A program made the position numbers and the translations under genes. From IMG/VR virus record IMGVR_UViG_2814123177_000001: 20,000 nucleotides of DNA; one strand, given 5' to 3'. Origin of the DNA: an uncultured virus (IMG/VR IMGVR_UViG_2814123177_000001) (Duplodnaviria; Heunggongvirae; Uroviricota; Caudoviricetes). Under the pieces are notes generated by a model. It ran no database searches. It was given only the letters and a program-made list of their open reading frames with translations, and was not told the origin of the DNA. Positions 16,025 to 20,000 of this stretch are shown here, one piece after another. The number at the start of each line of letters is the position of its first letter. Position 1 is the first letter of the stretch.

Positions 16025-16221
16025 GCGCTTTCCTCCCCGATAATAACTTCGTATTCATCCTCTAAAATTAGCGCATCTTCCGAGTACACTCCGTAACTAT
16101 CCGAATCTGTTACAGTCAGAATATCGCCGTCATCATAACGCGTTTCCATAAATTGCGCATGCGTAATTAGAATACGCTCTCCAACAAGAGCTTTACGTTT
16201 TACTGTGTGAAATTCTTCCAT
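16021..16221 (-). CDS. Hypothetical protein (66 aa)
   Basis: AGGAGGAG RBS; FHTVKRKALVGERILIT...Y..GD...EYEVII. Confidence 0.75.
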   Translation of the reverse strand: MEEFHTVKRKALVGERILITHAQFMETRYDDGDILTVTDSDSYGVYSEDALILEDEYEVIIGEESA

Positions 16222-16233
16222 CCCGCTCTCCTC

Positions 16234-16434
16234 CTATTCGTTTGGTGCATATGTCATGTCTTCGTCGTATCTTTGATTCGCCTTATTCCAAATTTCGTCA
16301 TTATCAGCGTTATTTACTTCGATGAACAAATAAATCAATTGCAAAACGTAACTATACTCTTCCGCCAATTTATTAAATTCCGCCTTCTTTTCCTCGCTTA
16401 AATCATCGAAAGGTATTACGTACTCATCTTCCAT
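16234..16434 (-). CDS. Hypothetical acidic protein (66 aa)
   Basis: Start moved to ATG 16434 (GGAGGTG RBS): MEDEYVIPFDDL... Confidence 0.7.
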   Translation of the reverse strand: MEDEYVIPFDDLSEEKKAEFNKLAEEYSYVLQLIYLFIEVNNADNDEIWNKANQRYDEDMTYAPNE

Positions 16435-16454
16435 CCCGCTCACCTCCACTCGTT

Positions 16455-16544
16455 TTATTTTCGGTTCCTTATGCCTAGACGAATTAGTCCTACCGTTCCT
16501 ACTGCACCGGTTATCACGCCAGTTAAAAATACGAATATGACCAC
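16455..16544 (-). CDS. Single-TM micropeptide (29 aa)
   Basis: GGTGGTG RBS, GTG start: MVIFVFLTGVITGAVGTVGLIRLGIRNRK. Confidence 0.55.
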   Translation of the reverse strand: MVIFVFLTGVITGAVGTVGLIRLGIRNRK

Positions 16545-16548
16545 GCAA

Positions 16549-16956
16549 TCACCACCAATCTTCGCTAATTTCTTCGAATTTCTGCGCCGTTTCCGCCTCG
16601 CGCTGTTCCCTCGCCACCGACGACTGTGCCGGCTGAAAGTTGCGATCCATATACGAATACATGAACGTAAATGTCGGGTACGGATATTCGTCCGGCTTGT
16701 TCGTGCGATATTCCGCCCAGCATATTTCGATGAATTGACGCAACACCGCATTACCGTATCGCCCTTGCGCCTGTTTCAGCATGCCACGTTCGCGCGCCCA
16801 TCGCGTTGACTTAGCGCCTCGACCGCCCGGCTGATAATCGGCGTTGTAGCGTTCGGCTGTCGTTTCGGTAATAAATGCGATGAATGTGCTAACGTTCCAG
16901 TCGGCGATATTTCGTGCGCGCCAGTCCGTTGCGGGCGGTAATTTCGGTTTAGTCAT
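16549..16956 (-). CDS. Phage protein resembling the C-terminal domain of replication initiators (135 aa)
   Basis: Start moved to ATG 16956 (AAGGGTGGG RBS). W..ERGMLK.....YG..VLRQFIE.C..EY......YP.PTF pattern; acidic-aromatic tail EDWW. Functional call is by recall only. Confidence 0.55.
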   Translation of the reverse strand: MTKPKLPPATDWRARNIADWNVSTFIAFITETTAERYNADYQPGGRGAKSTRWARERGMLKQAQGRYGNAVLRQFIEICWAEYRTNKPDEYPYPTFTFMYSYMDRNFQPAQSSVAREQREAETAQKFEEISEDWW

Positions 16957-17287
16957 CGCTATCCCACCCTTCGATATATTGTTCGAGTCCATAATGCGAA
17001 TATTTATTAATTCGGTACTCTAATTCGGATAGAATTCCGAAATACTTTTCGTTTACCTTTCGCAATCTTTCGACTTCGGCAATGAGCGCTGGGATATCTT
17101 CGCGAGCATGTGCGATGAATTCCGCATCAATACTTCTATCTGCGAAAGCGATTGCGTCTGTAAATCCGCTACCAATCGGGTCTTCACGAACTATATCGGT
17201 ATTGTGTGTGACAGTCCAGGCGCCTAATGACGCCTTTTCCGCGCGTTCTTTTATTGCGTTGAGTTGTTCCGTTGTTAACATCGTCAT
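16949..17287 (-). CDS. Ead/Ea22-like phage protein (112 aa)
   Basis: EQLNAIKERAEKAS.G.W...DAEFIAHAREDIPALIAEVERLR signature. Confidence 0.75.
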   Translation of the reverse strand: MTMLTTEQLNAIKERAEKASLGAWTVTHNTDIVREDPIGSGFTDAIAFADRSIDAEFIAHAREDIPALIAEVERLRKVNEKYFGILSELEYRINKYSHYGLEQYIEGWDSDD

Positions 17288-17457
17288 TCCTCCTCACATA
17301 AGACGTGTAATACTTTTCGCAATTCAGTTTTGCGAATACTAAACGTACTTCCGTTGTGGTGGTTAATTTCGATAAAGTCGCAATCATCTTCAAACGTAAC
17401 CTTATCGTCCACCCAATCGGTATGTTGTTTCGTTGTCAATTCGATTTTAATGTGCAT
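17284..17457 (-). CDS. Hypothetical protein (57 aa)
   Basis: Not in the ORF track. GAGGCGG RBS; MHIKIELTTKQHTDWVDDKVTFEDDCDFIEINHHNGSTFSIRKTELRKVLHVLCEEE; ATGA overlap. Confidence 0.65.
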   Translation of the reverse strand: MHIKIELTTKQHTDWVDDKVTFEDDCDFIEINHHNGSTFSIRKTELRKVLHVLCEEE

Positions 17458-17552
17458 TTTACCGCCTCATTTCCGTTTGTTTTAGCCGCCGAGACTTATT
17501 GTATTCCGTGCTATTCATCGCGTCTGTATGCGCCACACATAGCGTGTGAAGG

Positions 17553-17933
17553 CTATGAGTTGATGCCGTCGATTGTGATTCCGAGAATTTGTATCGCTTT
17601 GTGAATTCCGTCTCTCTCAGCGTGTCTAATTAACCAAGAATGACTGGCGGCAGGTAGTGTATTCATTTCATCCGATAATTTATCGTAATACTCACGCAAT
17701 TTATCTTCGGGCGATTGCTCGACTTCGTATCCGTTGATTAGTGCGCTCATGAGTAAGTCAACGTTCTTTTTACCGGAAATTTCATAGGCGAATGATTGGA
17801 TATCCGTTTCTAGCTGCGATTTTGGTGTTCCGAAAATTATGCGGATAATCGAATAGTTATCTCGTCCCTCATTTCGCAAAGATTCGATTGCGTTGGCTAC
17901 TTCGCGTGGTAGCGTTGGTTTTACGTTGGTCAT
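17553..17933 (-). CDS. DUF1642-like phage protein (126 aa)
   Basis: Start moved to ATG 17933 (AAAGGAGG RBS). LPREVANAIE...LMSALINGYEVE pattern. Confidence 0.7.
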   Translation of the reverse strand: MTNVKPTLPREVANAIESLRNEGRDNYSIIRIIFGTPKSQLETDIQSFAYEISGKKNVDLLMSALINGYEVEQSPEDKLREYYDKLSDEMNTLPAASHSWLIRHAERDGIHKAIQILGITIDGINS

Positions 17934-17947
17934 TGCGATTCCTCCTT

Positions 17948-18106
17948 TTAATAATAGGTTTCTATGTTGTCGCACTTATTACAATGAATGTTGATATATT
18001 GTTCGTATTCATCTGAAAAGCAAGAAAATTGTATATCATCGGCTCCACATCTCTTGCAAGTTATCTCAAAACCCAAAACAAGAGATTGATCTTTACATGT
18101 GTTCAT
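17948..18106 (-). CDS. Small zinc-ribbon protein (52 aa)
   Basis: Not in the ORF track. AGAGGTG RBS; MNTCKDQSLVLGFEITCKRCGADDIQFSCFSDEYEQYINIHCNKCDNIETYY (CKRC...CNKC). Confidence 0.7.
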   Translation of the reverse strand: MNTCKDQSLVLGFEITCKRCGADDIQFSCFSDEYEQYINIHCNKCDNIETYY

Positions 18107-18119
18107 TTATCACACCTCT

Positions 18120-18303
18120 TATCGCATGTTTTTTGAAGTAATTATTTATGCAATATAAGACTCGCAACAAATAGTGATTTTCTATTTGGTGCAATTATTT
18201 CTTGTTAAATGGATTTTGTTATATGGTTCTTCTTACTGTGTGGTTTACGTCACACGATTTCTTACATATACATCACACGGTCTACTATATCAGCGTCACA
18301 CGG
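18120..18303. repeat. Putative replication origin: three TCACACG iterons at 23-bp spacing beside an AT-rich tract
   Basis: TCACACG starts at 18250, 18273 and 18296; AT-rich non-coding stretch at about 18125-18225. Confidence 0.65.
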
Positions 18304-18651
18304 ACTGTCTTCTTGCGCTCTATTACCGAACTGAAAACCGCTTTCTCTTCCGATTAAATATCTGACTTGCAAGTACGTTTTCTTAGTCGGATGTTTCGTT
18401 TGCTCTTTCGTAACTAATGGATGCCCATTCCAGCGAAAATCACATAGTGACTTAATTCGCCTGTTCACCGTTTCTCTTCTTACGTTAAGGTGTTCCGCTA
18501 GTAAATCTTGCGATGGGAAACATTCGCCGCGATCGTTCATGAATAACGCCAAAGCAGATAACGTATGCCATCGTTCTGCACCTAACGCTCCCATAAGACC
18601 GCTAGTTAATGCGTGTTTATGAAACTTTACGTAAATATCTTGATTAGTCAT
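18262..18651 (-). CDS. HTH protein (HTH_36-like), probable replication initiator DNA-binding domain, 129 aa
   Basis: LALFMNDRGECFPSQDLLAEHLNVRRETVNRRIKSL is the CxPSxxxLA HTH of phage initiators; AAGGAGG RBS; iterons at its 3' end. Confidence 0.8.
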   Translation of the reverse strand: MTNQDIYVKFHKHALTSGLMGALGAERWHTLSALALFMNDRGECFPSQDLLAEHLNVRRETVNRRIKSLCDFRWNGHPLVTKEQTKHPTKKTYLQVRYLIGRESGFQFGNRAQEDSPCDADIVDRVMYM

Positions 18652-18660
18652 TTCGTCCTC

Positions 18661-18858
18661 CTTCCGTGTGACTTAACGTTCTCAATTAATAATACCCGCG
18701 CCATTTTAAAGTCGCGCAGTTTTGCGGAAAATATCTTCCGTGTGACTCTCTACTTAGTTTGACGCACCTGAATAACTTTTCGCGCACCAATTTCGAAATT
18801 AACTTCCGTGTGATTTACGCTACACTATATAGTAAGGATACCGAATCAATCTAGCGCA
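18661..18858 (-). promoter_or_regulatory. Three tandem ~70-bp promoter/operator units: TGCGC(G/T)-N16-(-10 box)...TCACACGGAAG
   Basis: CTTCCGTGTGA (+ strand) at 18661, 18735 and 18803; TGCGC(G/T) (minus strand) starting at 18718, 18786 and 18858. Confidence 0.7.
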
Positions 18859-18868
18859 CTTTTTACGC

Positions 18869-18908
18869 AAAAAAAAATAACGCCGACCCTCCGTAGAGAG
18901 TCGACGCT
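18869..18908 (-). terminator. Intrinsic terminator after the integrase
   Basis: 13-bp stem (with G-U pairs), C(UACG)G tetraloop and a U9 tract on the minus strand. Confidence 0.9.
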
Positions 18909-18911
18909 AAA

Positions 18912-19880
18912 TTAAAATAATTTTTCCAACGGACTAAACCGCTTGTGACTTTCGAATACATCCGAACTAAACAGATTCACGTAATTGCGCACCATTTCGA
19001 GCGAAGTATGTCCGAGCACCTTCTGCAACGCAAATACATCGGCGCCATTTTGCACGGCCATCTTTGCGAATGTATGCCGAAAAGTATGCGGGCTACAACG
19101 CACATTCGTTATATTAGCCATACGACCGTATTTCGCAATCCTATTCTGCAACTGGCGAATGGTAATCGGCTTATTGTCTACGGTCACAAATAACGCCTCA
19201 TTTACGACGTCTCCGCGCACGGCAAGGTATTTCTTCAACTGGCGCTTCATCGTCGCTTGCATAGGTACCAGGCGCTCCTTATAACCCTTTCCGTTAATAA
19301 GTATCTGCGAATCTTCCCAACGAATATCCCTTACGCCAATGTCCGTGATTTCACGTACCCGTACACCTGTCTCAACGAGTAACATTAAAATCGTGTAGTC
19401 GCGAAATCCCGTGAACGTTTCTTGATCGGGCTGGCGGAGGATATCCCGTAATTGCTCCCGAGAAAATGTTTCGATGACTTCTTTCTTCGCTTTGATTAAC
19501 GTCAATTCTTCCGCGGGGTTGACCGCAATCATTTTCTCTTTCGCAAGGTAATTGAAAAACGCACGAATCGCCCTTAATCGCGTATTAATCGTCGTTTCCT
19601 TTCGCTGTTGCACCGTCATCATGTAATAAATAACGTTTTCGCGTAACACTTTCAGCGTTATTTTCGAAGGATGTGTCGGTAAGTCTTGCGCTTCCAGTAT
19701 CGACCGAAACGCCGTAAGCTCATTCCGGTAATACTTCAACGTGTGATCGCTTAGATTGCGAATCTTACAATCGCGCAGAAATAAATGTAGCGACGTTTCG
19801 AAATCTTCCGCATGAATTTCCGTTTGTGCCTGCGCCGTTTCGAGCGCGCCTGGATTGATTCGGTTGCTTCTACGCGCCAT
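18912..19880 (-). CDS. Tyrosine recombinase / phage integrase (322 aa)
   Basis: Start moved to ATG 19880 (GAGG RBS). N-terminal SAM-like domain; catalytic R (TGVRVRE), K (GKGYKER), HTFRH, LGH and Y (VRNY). Confidence 0.93.
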   Translation of the reverse strand: MARRSNRINPGALETAQAQTEIHAEDFETSLHLFLRDCKIRNLSDHTLKYYRNELTAFRSILEAQDLPTHPSKITLKVLRENVIYYMMTVQQRKETTINTRLRAIRAFFNYLAKEKMIAVNPAEELTLIKAKKEVIETFSREQLRDILRQPDQETFTGFRDYTILMLLVETGVRVREITDIGVRDIRWEDSQILINGKGYKERLVPMQATMKRQLKKYLAVRGDVVNEALFVTVDNKPITIRQLQNRIAKYGRMANITNVRCSPHTFRHTFAKMAVQNGADVFALQKVLGHTSLEMVRNYVNLFSSDVFESHKRFSPLEKLF

Positions 19881-19962
19881 GTTAACGCCTCGCTTTCCGT
19901 AGTCATAATCGTATGCACTACGCAATAACTCGACGTATCGACAAAATCGTACGTAATGAACG

Positions 19963-19994
19963 AAAAAAAGCGACGTACAATTACGTACATCGCT
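19963..19994 (-). terminator. Intrinsic terminator-like hairpin upstream of the integrase
   Basis: AGCGATGTAC-GTAATT-GTACGTCGCT followed by a T-run on the minus strand. Confidence 0.7.
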
Positions 19995-20000
19995 CGTCAT

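Larger units (their letters stand above)
1..20000. mobile_element. Temperate phage/prophage segment (replication and lysogeny modules), Bacillales host
   Basis: Co-oriented, tightly overlapping phage-type genes: integrase, initiator, helicase/loader/primase, DNA polymerase, SSB, resolvase, XRE pair, arbitrium-like module. Strong Firmicutes-type GGAGG RBSs. No host housekeeping genes seen; the att site is not identifiable in the window. Confidence 0.95.

Noticed and set aside
18661..18858. Mini CRISPR array
   Set aside because: The repeats are only 11 bp, non-palindromic, with ~60-bp spacers that share a second motif. No cas operon is present. A promoter/operator array explains it better.
697..19284. 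The many plus-strand ORFs in the track other than the two XRE genes, and alternate-frame minus-strand ORFs
   Set aside because: Shadows of well-supported minus-strand genes, with no RBS or recognisable motifs.
19881..20000. 40-aa N-terminal extension of the integrase
   Set aside because: It spans a terminator-like hairpin; ATG 19880 has an RBS and gives a normal length.

Overview
The whole window is the replication and lysogeny-control region of a temperate Bacillales (Bacillus/Lysinibacillus-like) prophage, with almost all genes on the minus strand. Read right to left, it starts with a tyrosine integrase, a tandem array of three unusual promoter-like units, and an HTH replication-initiator-like gene carrying 23-bp-spaced iteron-like repeats. 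A string of small accessory genes follows, then an HNH endonuclease, a DnaC-like loader, a DnaB-like helicase and a primase. Next come two divergent XRE regulators and an AT-rich arbitrium-like module (AimR-like receptor plus an AimP-like pre-peptide missing from the ORF track, ending in ...MYIPGGGGGIGGG), directly followed by a sigma-factor-like gene. The left part holds small membrane genes, a ~430-nt structured non-coding region with an embedded tRNA-like domain lacking a proper anticodon arm, an SSB-like gene, a PD-(D/E)XK endonuclease, a family A DNA polymerase, a two-domain beta-clamp-like protein, a Cas4-like nuclease and the start of a RuvC-like resolvase. Three signals stand out. (1) An apparent cascade from peptide sensing to a phage sigma factor to TGCGCG promoters. 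(2) The large structured RNA with the tRNA mimic. (3) A TCACACG motif shared by the putative origin and the initiator's promoters. All protein calls come from motif recognition by eye; no database search was run.
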